This document shows positions 26,662 through 36,513 of a stretch of 53,245 bases of DNA, piece after piece; within the stretch, counting starts at the first letter, position 1, and each line of letters opens with the position of its first letter. This DNA is from Gemmatimonadota bacterium (GTDB lineage: Bacteria; Gemmatimonadota; Gemmatimonadetes; Gemmatimonadales; Gemmatimonadaceae), in NCBI GenBank assembly GCA_031372565.1, contig JANMLN010000144.1:1-53245 (forward strand), written 5' to 3'. The notes under the pieces were generated by a model. The model did not search any database. It worked only from the letters and a program-made list of their open reading frames with translations, and was not told the DNA's origin. The position numbers and the translations under genes are program-made.

Positions 26662-27330
26662 CTACCCTGCGTAGCAGTACGAACAGCCCGTCTCCTGGGC
26701 GCGCCCCACCGCCATCACCCCCGACGGCGCCAGGAAGACCCCCGGCAGCAGATTCGCCTTCCACTCCGCGACCGCGTCCTCGGGTTTCATGCCGATGGCC
26801 GCGCCGGCGCGTTCGGCCAACTTCGTGACGGCGAGATTGCACGCGACGAGGGTCACGCCGAGCGCGGGAAGCTTGTCGAGGGCGTAGTCGACGTTGTTCA
26901 TGTCGCCCGGTTTCGCATTCGCGTACGGATTCCGCAGCGCGGGCGCCTTGGTCTGCGGATCGGTCACGTTGCTCGACGCGCCCAGCTTATACTTGGCCCA
27001 GATCGTGTCGTTGACCGCGAGCACGGCCGCGCCGTGGCGCAGCACCAGCATCGCCTGCGCGTCGCCCGGCTTGAGATCGCGCCCTTCGCGCATCGTGTTG
27101 AGGTACGTCCCGGCAAAGGCCATCGGGAAGCCGGCATTGATGTTCGGTCCATCGAAAACCTGCTTGTGCGTGGCCTTCACGAACGGCGCCAGCCACGGCT
27201 CCGCGGGCGGTGCCGGCTCGGCATGTGCGCGGCGTGCCGCAATGGGCAGCGCGGTCAGGGCGAGCGCGCCACTGGCCAGACGCGAGAGAAAGCTGCGGCG
27301 CGGATCGGTCGGTGCTGGCACGGGCGACAT
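26662..27330 (-). CDS. Tat-exported DsrE/DsrF-like protein
   Basis: PRRSFL Tat motif; HKQVFD, VLRHGA, ACNLA, PSGVMAVGRAQETGCSY. Confidence 0.7.
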   Translation of the reverse strand: MSPVPAPTDPRRSFLSRLASGALALTALPIAARRAHAEPAPPAEPWLAPFVKATHKQVFDGPNINAGFPMAFAGTYLNTMREGRDLKPGDAQAMLVLRHGAAVLAVNDTIWAKYKLGASSNVTDPQTKAPALRNPYANAKPGDMNNVDYALDKLPALGVTLVACNLAVTKLAERAGAAIGMKPEDAVAEWKANLLPGVFLAPSGVMAVGRAQETGCSYCYAG

Positions 27331-27480
27331 CGGGACCTCGTGAACGACGCGTGGTGCGCCTGCCGTGTGCGATCAGGTGGAATCGGCGAGGCGGCGCCGC
27401 CCGTCAGCTGCACGGGGCGGCGCACCTGCACGTTGTCGCCTGAACGCCGCCGCCGCAACGGCCACCGTCGGATCAGCGCG

Positions 27481-28959
27481 TCACGGCGCGAACGGACTCC
27501 TGAACTTGGGCGCCGTGGCGAACGTCGAATCGGTGAGCGTGTGCATGAAGGCCACCAGCTGCTGCACCTGCAACGGTGAGAGCCCCAACCGCTGCGGCTG
27601 ACCGCCCGGTGCCCGCAGGCGCGGGTCGAGATTCACGTTGTTCTGGATGCCGGAGTTGTAGTGCTCGACCACCTGCGTGAGCGTGGTGAACCGTCCATCA
27701 TGCATGAAGCGCGAGCGCAGCCCCACGTTGCGCAGCGACGACGTCTTGAATCGCCCCTGGCCCGCACCGGCGTCCACCGTCACGGCATCGAGTCCGTCGT
27801 TGTGCGGCGCGTCGAGCACCTGTGCATCAGTCACATGACAGCGCGCGCACCCCGCCGGCCCGGTGAACAGCTGCCGGCCGGCCTCTTCGTCCGCCGAGAG
27901 CACGCTCGGGAAATTGGGCGGGGTGCCGGTCGCCACGGCGCGATCATACTTGCTCTGGTACGTGGCCATCGAGCGCACGAACTGTGCGAGTGCCAGCGCA
28001 ATCCGGTTGTCCGTGATGTCGCTCGTGCCGAACGCTGCCGTGAACAACCCCGGATAGTACGACGACGCGGCCAGCTTGACCTTGAGATCCGCGAGCGTCA
28101 TCCCCATCTCGACCGTGTTCTGGATCGGCTCGAGCACCTGCGCCTCGAGTGTGGCCGCACGCTCGTCCCAGAAGAAGCGCCCGCGCTGGTAGTAGCGCGC
28201 GTTCCCCAGCGGCATCGAGTGACGATCCGTCAGGCCACCCTGAAAGCCACGCGAGAACTGCGCCGTGTCGGCAAAGCCGAACTGCTGGATGTGACACGAG
28301 GCGCACGCCACCCGATCATTGGCGGACAGTCGCACGTCGTAGAACAGCACGCGCCCCAGCGTCGCCCCCGCATTCGTCACCGGGTTGCCGCCCGTGTTGT
28401 CGGTGGTCACGATCGACGGTGGTGGCGGTGGTGCGCCCGGCGGTGGCGCTGGTGGCAACACGGTGAAGTGCGCCGGCAGGCCGATCGTCGCATCGGTGTA
28501 CGCGAATGCGGTGGTGAACGCGGGCAAGGCGAGCCCCGGTGCAAACGCCGCCACGCCGAACCGCTGCGTCGCGCTGGCGCCTGCGGTGTCGGTGGCCGTG
28601 AGCGCGACCGTCACCACCATCGGCGCGATCGGCGTCCCCTGCACCCGTCCGTTCACGAGCGCGAGCCCGTTGCTGGAGGGCGTGAACGTGGCGGTGTAGC
28701 GCAGCGCGCCCCCGCGCGGGTTGGTGAACGCCGTGCCGGAGAGCGTCGCGTCGTAGTCGAGAACGACGCCGGCTGTTGCCGCCTGATGCGCGTTGGCCAC
28801 GCCCACCACGGGCGCCACCGTCGGCGTGGTTGGCGTGGTGGGGGTCGTGGGAGTCGTCGGCGTCGTACCGCCGCCGGTGCTCGCGGTCGGCGTGTTCGTC
28901 TCCCCACCGCAGGCGGCAGCGAGACACAGGGCGGCGATGGTATGGCGGGTCGGGCGCAT
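27481..28959 (-). CDS. Di-haem cytochrome c peroxidase/MauG-family lipoprotein with an N-terminal Ig-like domain
   Basis: Lipobox-like AAAC, (TTP)n linker, LGRVLFYDVRLS, CASCH, FFWDERA, CARCH, FKTSSLRN, FMHDG. Confidence 0.9.
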   Translation of the reverse strand: MRPTRHTIAALCLAAACGGETNTPTASTGGGTTPTTPTTPTTPTTPTVAPVVGVANAHQAATAGVVLDYDATLSGTAFTNPRGGALRYTATFTPSSNGLALVNGRVQGTPIAPMVVTVALTATDTAGASATQRFGVAAFAPGLALPAFTTAFAYTDATIGLPAHFTVLPPAPPPGAPPPPPSIVTTDNTGGNPVTNAGATLGRVLFYDVRLSANDRVACASCHIQQFGFADTAQFSRGFQGGLTDRHSMPLGNARYYQRGRFFWDERAATLEAQVLEPIQNTVEMGMTLADLKVKLAASSYYPGLFTAAFGTSDITDNRIALALAQFVRSMATYQSKYDRAVATGTPPNFPSVLSADEEAGRQLFTGPAGCARCHVTDAQVLDAPHNDGLDAVTVDAGAGQGRFKTSSLRNVGLRSRFMHDGRFTTLTQVVEHYNSGIQNNVNLDPRLRAPGGQPQRLGLSPLQVQQLVAFMHTLTDSTFATAPKFRSPFAP

Positions 28960-29063
28960 GGGGCGACGTCCATTCGACAGCGAGTGGGCCTGCGTCTCGT
29001 GCTCTCCCATCCAGACGGCCCAGTGAGCAAAACATTAAGGACGAAGGTCGCCCGACCCCCGAA

Positions 29064-29819
29064 CTATCGGCCCGGGGGCGCCATCTTCAAGGTGGCCTGC
29101 CCCATCGGTACCTCGACCAACGCCAGCCGCCGACTGGCCTGCTCGATCGTCATCGTCGCCACGCCCGCCACCCCGAGATCGGCCTTCACGATCCAGGCCG
29201 CGCGACCATCCACCGACGTGGTGTCTACCACCCGGACCACGTACCACTGCAGCAATCCATCGACATCGTACACGGGCAGCACGCGGCGCACCCCGACCCC
29301 CAGGTCCATCGCGCGGATCACGAGCTCCCAGTTGGACGAATCGTAGGACGGCACGGCGAAGGTCGAGTCCTTCCTGATCGGCGCGCCGGTTGTCGGCTCC
29401 ACGCGGCCGCGAATCACCGCCCCCGTCCACTCCACGAACAGCCGGCGCGCCGGCTGCACCGACGCGTGCCGCAGCGGCGCCAAGGTGCGTGGATCGCTCC
29501 ACGTCGAATCGATGAGCGTCGCCGTGCCACGCTGCACGCTTCCCACCCGCAGGAGCGCCGGGGCGCCATTGAACGTCACCGCGCCGAGCACGTCGACGCT
29601 CGACCCCAAGGCCCGCACCGGTTGCCCCGCGCGCTCAACCGTCATCACCCGCTCCGAGCTACCGCTCACGAGTCGTCGCGCATCCACGCGCGTGTCCCCC
29701 GGATAGAGCGTGTCGCTCAGCACGCGTGGTGGCACCGCGGGTGAACCGCCGCTCGGCGCGCTCGCGCAAGCGGTGCTGAACACGACACAGATCGAGAGCA
29801 GGGCACGCGAGAGGCGCAT
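29064..29819 (-). CDS. Hypothetical exported (lipo)protein
   Basis: Signal ending STAC; beta-rich body; consistent codon bias. Confidence 0.7.
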   Translation of the reverse strand: MRLSRALLSICVVFSTACASAPSGGSPAVPPRVLSDTLYPGDTRVDARRLVSGSSERVMTVERAGQPVRALGSSVDVLGAVTFNGAPALLRVGSVQRGTATLIDSTWSDPRTLAPLRHASVQPARRLFVEWTGAVIRGRVEPTTGAPIRKDSTFAVPSYDSSNWELVIRAMDLGVGVRRVLPVYDVDGLLQWYVVRVVDTTSVDGRAAWIVKADLGVAGVATMTIEQASRRLALVEVPMGQATLKMAPPGR

Positions 29820-29825
29820 ACGCCG

Positions 29826-30206
29826 CTACGGCTTCTTGCCCTTCGCCTTGGCCGCCTTCGCCTTCGCCTCGTCGGCCGCCTTCTCCTTGGCCTCATCCGC
29901 CGGCGTCTCATGGTCGACGCTCAGCACCGCGCCCGTCAGCGCATCCACCGCCACTTCATCGATACCGCTCTTCCCCTTGGTGACAATATCGAACGAGTAG
30001 ATGAGCTTCCCCTTCTCTTCCTCGATCTCGGCCGACGTGATCGTACCACCCGGCACCTTGGCGAGCGCGGTCGCCTGCGCGACGGCGACGGTCACCTTCG
30101 CACGCTTGAGCATCCCCGGCTTCTCTTCCTTGACCGTCGTTCCCTGTGCCGCTGCCGTTGCGGCCGCGAAGGCCAGCAGGGCGAGACTCTTGATCATCGT
30201 GGTCAT
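29826..30206 (-). CDS. PepSY-domain protein
   Basis: Signal peptide; ALAKVPGG...EIEEEKGKLIYSFDI...EVAVDALTGAVL. Confidence 0.88.
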   Translation of the reverse strand: MTTMIKSLALLAFAAATAAAQGTTVKEEKPGMLKRAKVTVAVAQATALAKVPGGTITSAEIEEEKGKLIYSFDIVTKGKSGIDEVAVDALTGAVLSVDHETPADEAKEKAADEAKAKAAKAKGKKP

Positions 30207-30331
30207 CGGGTGCTCCATGCCATGAGGTGAAGGGACTGCCAAGCGACTTCTCCAGCACCAGAACCGAAAACGAGGCCGCGATCATCGGCGGACGCGCGAG
30301 CGGGAGCGGGGAGCACGCCGCGCCCCGACCG

Positions 30332-31480
30332 CTACTGATACTGGATATACAACACCGTCGGCCACAACCGCAGAATCTCCCGCTTGCTCGTCGGCGGATT
30401 GTCGTTCTTCAGCTTCGTGAACTGCTTCCACCCCGCGAACTGCACCGGCTCCTTCTTCACGTACGAGTAGAACGAATCGCGCTTGAGCCACGGCGCGCCG
30501 AACCCGTCCATGTGCATCACCACCTGCACCTTGGGGTCGAGCTTGATCTGGTCCGCGTTCGTGACCCCCTTCCGCGTGAACCGGTGCACCACGAGGATCT
30601 TGGGCGGCAAGTTGTACTTCTCCACCAGCCCCTTCAGGTACCCCGTCGCATAGTTCACGTCGGCCGCGTCGTACGTCCCGATCTTCTTGCCCGGCTTGCT
30701 CGCATCCTTCATCGAGAACTCGGGGTCGATCCCCAGGTGCACATCGGGTCGCTTCAAGAAGCGCTCGAGCCACGGCAGCTCTGCCTGCAGCGTGCTCTGC
30801 CCCACCTGTACATCCACGAAGAAGAGCGCGTTCTTCTGCCGCGCCCACCCGTACACCTTCTCGATCAGCGCGCTGTCCATGCGCAACCGGTACTTCCCGT
30901 CGCGCCCCGCAGCCCCCTGCGCCACAATCGCGATCAGGTGCAGCGCTGGCTGCACGGGGTGTGCCGGGTCCAGCTGATTCCACTCGGCGACTTCCGCATC
31001 GAGCTTCTTGAACATCTCCGGCGGATCGAACTCGCCCAGAATCCCCATGCGACGCGAGAGCGGATTGCCATAGAAGGCGATGATGCGCCTGGCCGGCAAG
31101 ATCGAACCCGCAATCGGCGCGGGCATCCTGGGTGGCCAGAGCGAGTCGAGCTCACTCCCCATGTCCTTGTAGGCCATGTGACGCTCACCCGCGACCTTGC
31201 CAAGCGCACCAGCGTGCTTCCTGGCCGAGGTGTCACCGGGAGCAGCGGCGGCGCGCTTCCGCGTCGCCTTCTTCTTGGCAGTGCGGGCCGCAGCGCCCTT
31301 GTCCTGCACCTTGGGCTTCGAGACCGCAGCGCTCGGCGCGGCACTCTTGGCAGCAGAATCCTGTGCGACGGCGGGACCGGCGACGAGCGCGCACGCGAGG
31401 CCGAAGGCCGTCAGCGGAATGCGAAAGGCGAAGCGCAACGGAAGGGGTGTGAGTGGTGGGAGCGCCGGAACCAGAAGCAC
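30332..31480 (-). CDS. Conserved hypothetical exported protein
   Basis: IIAFYGNPLSRRMGILGE, HLGIDPEF, VVHRFT, MDGFG; strong codon bias; start uncertain. Confidence 0.75.
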   Translation of the reverse strand: MLLVPALPPLTPLPLRFAFRIPLTAFGLACALVAGPAVAQDSAAKSAAPSAAVSKPKVQDKGAAARTAKKKATRKRAAAAPGDTSARKHAGALGKVAGERHMAYKDMGSELDSLWPPRMPAPIAGSILPARRIIAFYGNPLSRRMGILGEFDPPEMFKKLDAEVAEWNQLDPAHPVQPALHLIAIVAQGAAGRDGKYRLRMDSALIEKVYGWARQKNALFFVDVQVGQSTLQAELPWLERFLKRPDVHLGIDPEFSMKDASKPGKKIGTYDAADVNYATGYLKGLVEKYNLPPKILVVHRFTRKGVTNADQIKLDPKVQVVMHMDGFGAPWLKRDSFYSYVKKEPVQFAGWKQFTKLKNDNPPTSKREILRLWPTVLYIQYQ

Positions 31481-31533
31481 GTTCCAGCACAGCCTCCAAT
31501 TTCGCCAATCGCTCGAGCGAATGTCACCCATTC

Positions 31534-31563
31534 GTCGTCCTGAGCGAAGCGAAGGACCTGCTT
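31534..31563. repeat. Single REP-like copy
   Basis: GTCGTCCTGAGCGAAGCGAAGGACCTGCTT is the exact reverse complement of 22057-22086. Confidence 0.85.
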
Positions 31564-31693
31564 CTCCCAACCCGCCACACACAAAACGCCCCGGCCAACC
31601 ACTCAGCGGCCACACGCGACACGGGAGCCGGATGATCTCCGGCTCCCGCGTCGTCTGTCGAGCGCCCTGCGTCGTGGGTCGTACCTCGCGCAG

Positions 31694-32821
31694 TTACTTC
31701 ACGATCTCCGTCGGCGGCAACGGACGGCGCCTGAGCTGCACGCGCCGGTTCGCCGCGCGCCCCTCGGGATGGAGATTCGAGAAGATCGGTCGTGTCTCCC
31801 CGTAACCCCGCGCTTCGAGGATGCTGCGCTGCACCCCCTGATTCACGAGGTACTCCAGCACGGTCTTCGCCCGCCCCTCCGACAGGATCACGTTGGCCGC
31901 GCTGGTACCGATGCTGTCGGTGTGCCCCTTGATCATCCAGCGCGAGTTGGGGGTCGCCTTGATCGCGCCCGCGATGCCGTTGAGCACCGGGTACGAGATC
32001 GGAAGCAGCTCGGTCCGGTTCGTGCGGAACTGCACGCGCAGCACGAGCTGGTCGGCGGTCTCGATGGGCGGCAACTGCACCGTATCCACCCGCACCATCC
32101 GCACCGTGTCCACGCGGAACGGGGCCCGCGCCATGCGCAGGGTGTCCACCCGGACGATGGTCGTCGGCTTGCACGCCTGGCACGGTGCCGACACGACCTC
32201 CGGTCCGTGGCCACCCGTGAAGAACGAGAGCCCGATCAAGCCGAGCGGTGCCCAGGTGGTGCTGTTTCGCATCCCCACCTCGCGGTACCCCTGCGACTGC
32301 ACGCGGGCTTCGGCGCGCAGCGCGATCGCGTCGCCGATCATCTGCCGGACGCCAACGCCGGCGTGCGCGCCCCACATGGAGTGTGTCACGCGGTCGTTCT
32401 GCCCCGTGATGCGCGTGAGATCCGCGCCGAGCATCAGGAACGGGCTCAGCGACCCGTCGAGATTCATCGAGTACGTGATGGTCTGACCGAGATTCAGGTA
32501 CTTCACCTGCGACCCGATCCCGTCGTTGACGCTGAGGCTGAGCCCCCAGTTCTCGTCAAAGAGGTAGCCAACCCGCCCCTCGATGACCGGGTTGATCCGG
32601 CGCTGGTAGGCCGAGCCGGCAAAGCTTGTCGAGGGAGGCCCGAAGTTCACCGCATCGCGGAGGAACGGGTCCTGGCGCATCGCACCTGCGCTCAGGTTCC
32701 ATTCCCAGCCCCGCTCGCGGAACGGTCCGTTGGTGGCCTGGGCCTGCGCCGATCCTGCTGGCGCGAGCATCGGCATGGACGCGGCCAGCATCCAGGCGAT
32801 CGTTCGCATTCTATTCGACAT
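31694..32821 (-). CDS. OmpA-family protein (beta-barrel + peptidoglycan-binding domain)
   Basis: Signal peptide, amphipathic beta strands, GHTDSIG...NVILSEGRA, GYGETRP, NRRVQL. Confidence 0.92.
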   Translation of the reverse strand: MSNRMRTIAWMLAASMPMLAPAGSAQAQATNGPFRERGWEWNLSAGAMRQDPFLRDAVNFGPPSTSFAGSAYQRRINPVIEGRVGYLFDENWGLSLSVNDGIGSQVKYLNLGQTITYSMNLDGSLSPFLMLGADLTRITGQNDRVTHSMWGAHAGVGVRQMIGDAIALRAEARVQSQGYREVGMRNSTTWAPLGLIGLSFFTGGHGPEVVSAPCQACKPTTIVRVDTLRMARAPFRVDTVRMVRVDTVQLPPIETADQLVLRVQFRTNRTELLPISYPVLNGIAGAIKATPNSRWMIKGHTDSIGTSAANVILSEGRAKTVLEYLVNQGVQRSILEARGYGETRPIFSNLHPEGRAANRRVQLRRRPLPPTEIVK

Positions 32822-32921
32822 GAGGGATCTCTCCAGTCTCGTTGAGGTCATCGCTTCGAGCGGGTGGGGTCACCGGCGACCCGAGTGGTCGCCGGCGCCC
32901 GCCAGCCAGCATGCCCAGCCG

Positions 32922-34703
32922 TTACGGCAGGGTGATGACGTCGTTCGTGCCCAGGGCGACTGCGCCGTTGCGTGCGAGAGCGCGGCCGGTCAGCGAGACG
33001 TTGTCCACGAGCGTGATGCTCGTGAGCGCCAGGATGTTGCCCTGCCAGATGCTGTTGGTGCCAAGGGTCGCGGAGCTGCCGACCCACCAGTACACGTTCT
33101 TGGCCTGCGCACCGCCGCTCAACACCACCGACCCGGCCGTCGTGAGCGTGGTTGGTGCACGGATGACGAACACCGCGTTGGCTGGCCCGTTGAGCGTGAC
33201 GACGCCCGTGACGCCAACCGAACTCAGCGAGCAGTACACACCCGGGGCGAGCGTCGTGCCGCCCAGGTTGGCCGTGATCGTGGCGCCACACGGCATCGAC
33301 GCGATGGCGAGGTACGCAATCGTCAGGTCGCCCTGCGCCGTCTGCGCGAACGGATTCGCGAGATTGGTCGCGCCGGTGATGGTGCACGGTGGGAAGCCCG
33401 AGAGGGCGCTGCCCGGATACACGCTCGCGTCGGCGTTGATGACGCCAGGAGCGCCCGCACAGGTGACGGCCGAGCCCGCCAGGATGCCGTGCGTGGCAGC
33501 GGCGCCAAGCGACGGACCGACGGCCAGCGGCAGCGTTTCATTCACGGAGGCGTAGCCCGAGATCAGGCCACTCGTCGCGCGAACGGTGTTCGGGAAGGTG
33601 CCGGCCACGAGGCCAGCGGTGAAGAGACCCGTGCCGGAGTTGATCGCGCCGCCACCGGCGACCACCGACCAGACCAGGCCCGGCGTCGGAACGATGATGC
33701 CCGCCGCGTCGAAGCCGGTCGCGATGAACTGCTGCGTCGCGCCCGTGATGATGTCGGCAGGATTCGGCGTGACCGCGATCGAGACGAGCGCGCCGGACGC
33801 CTGCACATTCACACGAGCCGAACCGAACACGGCGCCACTCGTGGCGCGGACGGTGTCGATGCCCGAGCCGACAAGCGCAGGGGCCGTATACCCACCCGAC
33901 GAGAGGATCGTGCCGCCAGCATTACCGGCGCGCACGGTCCAGACGGGCGCAGGCAGGATCGGAACGATGTTGCCGCTGGCGTCCTGACCGACCGCCGTGA
34001 ACTGCTGCGTCGCGCTCGTGCCGACGTTCACCGGATTCGGGGTCACCGTGATCGTCGCGAGCACGCCCGCGTTGACCGTGACCGTGGCGAACGCCGAGAT
34101 GCTGCCGGCGCCGCAAATGGGCGTGCTGCACACCTTCACCGTGTTGGCATACAGTCCCGCCGTCGTGCCGGCCGTGAACAGGCCGCCCGCGGAGATGCTG
34201 CCACCAGCGGCCACGACCGACCAGGTCGGTGACAAGGCGATCACGTTGCCGTTCGCGTCACGCGCCGTCGCGGTGAACAGCTGCGACCCGCCGATCGCGA
34301 GCACCTGCGGGTTGGGCGAAATCGTAATGGAAGCGAGCGAACCCGCCGTGACGATCACCGTCGCGGTGCCGGCCAGCGAACCCACCGAGGCCGTGACAGT
34401 GTTGGTGTATGTGCCGGCCACCGCGCCGGCGGTAAACTGGCCCGCGCCGCTGATGCTGCCGCCGGTCGACACCGACCAGTTGGGCAGGACCGACAGCACG
34501 TTACCGAAGCCGTCCCTGACCACGGCGGTAAAGAGTTGCCCTGCACCCGGCGCCAACGTGATCGGCGTCGGGGAAACGACGATGCTCGCCGGAACCGCCA
34601 CGGGCGCATCGGTGGGGAGGTGCTCACACGCCGCAAAGAACGCGGTGGCGACCATCGCCCCGAGCACTCGCAACGTGATATGGGATTGTGCTCTTCCGCG
34701 CAT
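32922..34703 (-). CDS. Ice-binding-like (DUF3494) lipoprotein with four Ig-like repeats
   Basis: FAAC lipobox; four repeats of the (V/I)TPNP..QQF.A...WSV..GG.I..G.FTA pattern; C-terminal ILAGSAVT, LAPGVY, GGAQAKNVYWWVGSSATLGT, GRALARNGAV. Confidence 0.9.
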   Translation of the reverse strand: MRGRAQSHITLRVLGAMVATAFFAACEHLPTDAPVAVPASIVVSPTPITLAPGAGQLFTAVVRDGFGNVLSVLPNWSVSTGGSISGAGQFTAGAVAGTYTNTVTASVGSLAGTATVIVTAGSLASITISPNPQVLAIGGSQLFTATARDANGNVIALSPTWSVVAAGGSISAGGLFTAGTTAGLYANTVKVCSTPICGAGSISAFATVTVNAGVLATITVTPNPVNVGTSATQQFTAVGQDASGNIVPILPAPVWTVRAGNAGGTILSSGGYTAPALVGSGIDTVRATSGAVFGSARVNVQASGALVSIAVTPNPADIITGATQQFIATGFDAAGIIVPTPGLVWSVVAGGGAINSGTGLFTAGLVAGTFPNTVRATSGLISGYASVNETLPLAVGPSLGAAATHGILAGSAVTCAGAPGVINADASVYPGSALSGFPPCTITGATNLANPFAQTAQGDLTIAYLAIASMPCGATITANLGGTTLAPGVYCSLSSVGVTGVVTLNGPANAVFVIRAPTTLTTAGSVVLSGGAQAKNVYWWVGSSATLGTNSIWQGNILALTSITLVDNVSLTGRALARNGAVALGTNDVITLP

Positions 34704-34992
34704 GGGGAACTCCCTGGAGAATGGCGAGGGCGGGTATACCGCCAACACCTGCTGAACCACGCAGCGCACCGCGAAGCGGGCGACGGGTGGCTCTGGATGA
34801 ATAGTGTCTGTCCCGGTTGAGGCGGCCTATCGTTCGAAGGCGTGGACGGGGCAGTAGTACCAAGGACAGATCCTCTCATCCCGGACTCCGCCAAAAGGAC
34901 TAGTCCCTCCGTGCACGCGCGCGCTGCCCGTGAACGCACGAACGCCCGCCGACAACTCGGCGGGCGTTCTGTCCTGCGACATCAGCGATCGA

Positions 34993-36066
34993 TTACGGCG
35001 TCGTCACGGTCGTCGCATTCAGCGTCACCGCCGTCTGTGCCAACGCGCGCCCGATGATCGACGCGCCCGTGTTGAACGAGACCAGCGTCTGCGACAGGAT
35101 GATCCCCTTGAAGGCCGCCGTCGTTCCGATCGTCGCCTGTCCTGCCACCTGCCAGTACACGTTCCTGGCCTGCGCACCGCCGGCGAGCGTGATGATCGCC
35201 CCGTTGCCGATGGTCAAGTTCTGCGCGATCTGGAAGATCCACACGTCGTTCACGCCACCGGTGAGCGTTACCCCGATCGGCACGTTCACCGGGGTTCCCC
35301 ACTTGTAGAGCCCGGGGGTGAGAATCAGGCCATCGATGTTGCCCGCCCCCAGTTCAACGAAGTCGGGCAACGAACGACCGGCCGCATCGGTGTAGGCCGC
35401 CTGCATGTCGAGCACGGCCGTGGTCAGCGCGGCCGGCGTCGGCGTCGCGTAGTTCGCGGCCTTCACCTGCCCGGTCACGAGCGACGACGTCGCGAAGACG
35501 TTGCTCGGATCGGCGATGAGCGAGAAGCCGGTCACGAAGGTCGCGGCGGCCGGACTGATCCCGATGTCGCCGAGCACCGCCGAGACACCCGTGGTGGACA
35601 CGGAGGTCTTGGCGAGGATCACGTAGCTGCCCGCCGTGCCGAGGTTGACGAGCGCGGGCCCGGTGGACGAGCTCGCGACCGTCGTGAAGGTCCACGTCTT
35701 GGCCGTAGCGAGTGGCAAGCCGGCCGCGCTCGTGGCGCCGGTCGTGATCGTCGCCGTATACGATGTATTGGGCGTGAGCGGGCTCGTGGGTACGAGCGTC
35801 GCGGTCATGCCGGTGTAACTCACGGTGGCCGGAACGACCGATGTCCCCAGCGTGAGGGTAAACGTTGTGGTGGTCAGCGTGGTGGGGGCCATGGCGTTGC
35901 TGAACACCGCCGTCACCGACGGATTGCGTACGACGTTCACGGCAAGCGCTGCCGGTGTGGTGGTCGTGACCGTCGGCGCCACGGGCGTGTTCGCGGTCGG
36001 CGTGCCGCCGTCGCAGGCGGCCAGCACCACGGCCAAGCCGGCGACGATCGAAGTGATTCGCTTCAT
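34993..36066 (-). CDS. Ice-binding-like (DUF3494) lipoprotein with a Big_5-type domain
   Basis: LAAC lipobox; FSNAM...LTPNTSYTATIT...WTFTT; VNLGTAGSYVILAKT, DMQAAYTDAAGR, LTPGLYKW, GAQARNVYWQVAG, GRALAQTAVTL. Confidence 0.92.
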   Translation of the reverse strand: MKRITSIVAGLAVVLAACDGGTPTANTPVAPTVTTTTPAALAVNVVRNPSVTAVFSNAMAPTTLTTTTFTLTLGTSVVPATVSYTGMTATLVPTSPLTPNTSYTATITTGATSAAGLPLATAKTWTFTTVASSSTGPALVNLGTAGSYVILAKTSVSTTGVSAVLGDIGISPAAATFVTGFSLIADPSNVFATSSLVTGQVKAANYATPTPAALTTAVLDMQAAYTDAAGRSLPDFVELGAGNIDGLILTPGLYKWGTPVNVPIGVTLTGGVNDVWIFQIAQNLTIGNGAIITLAGGAQARNVYWQVAGQATIGTTAAFKGIILSQTLVSFNTGASIIGRALAQTAVTLNATTVTTP

Positions 36067-36457
36067 GCGTCAACCCTGGAGAGAGATAGCGTGCACTAAC
36101 TCCTGAATGGTGGCCCGGGGGGCGTGGCGCGACCATTCACCGTTGGCATGAGACGGGGGGGCGGACGCAGTAGTTCGTTCGGACGAGACTGGAGGAGCTT
36201 CGAGGGACCCAGGCCCTAACGCGGGTCACCAGACGTGAGTCCGAATGCGCAGACGGCGGCTCGATAGGGTAAACCTGACACGCCTAGCCGACGCTCGGCG
36301 GACTCCACCACACGAGTGCAAATCGGGACTGCGTCCGACGGCATCCGCACCGCATCGGCGGTGACCGACGACTGCCATGATCGGCGGCGGACGACGCGAT
36401 CACGCGAACGCTGCGCGCTGGGACGGCGCGCCGGGCCCGATCGGTGGCCCATGCGAA

Positions 36458-36490
36458 GAGGACTGGGCACCGAATCGGTGCCCAGTCCTC
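36458..36490. terminator. Perfect hairpin downstream of the PEP-CTERM gene
   Basis: GAGGACTGGGCACCGA-A-TCGGTGCCCAGTCCTC. Confidence 0.65.
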
Positions 36491-36513
36491 GACCAACCGG
36501 CGTTCGGGTGGGG

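Noticed and set aside
28820..28870. 9-bp tandem repeats considered as a VNTR or contingency locus
   Set aside because: Degenerate codons of a Thr-Thr-Pro linker, not identical DNA repeats.
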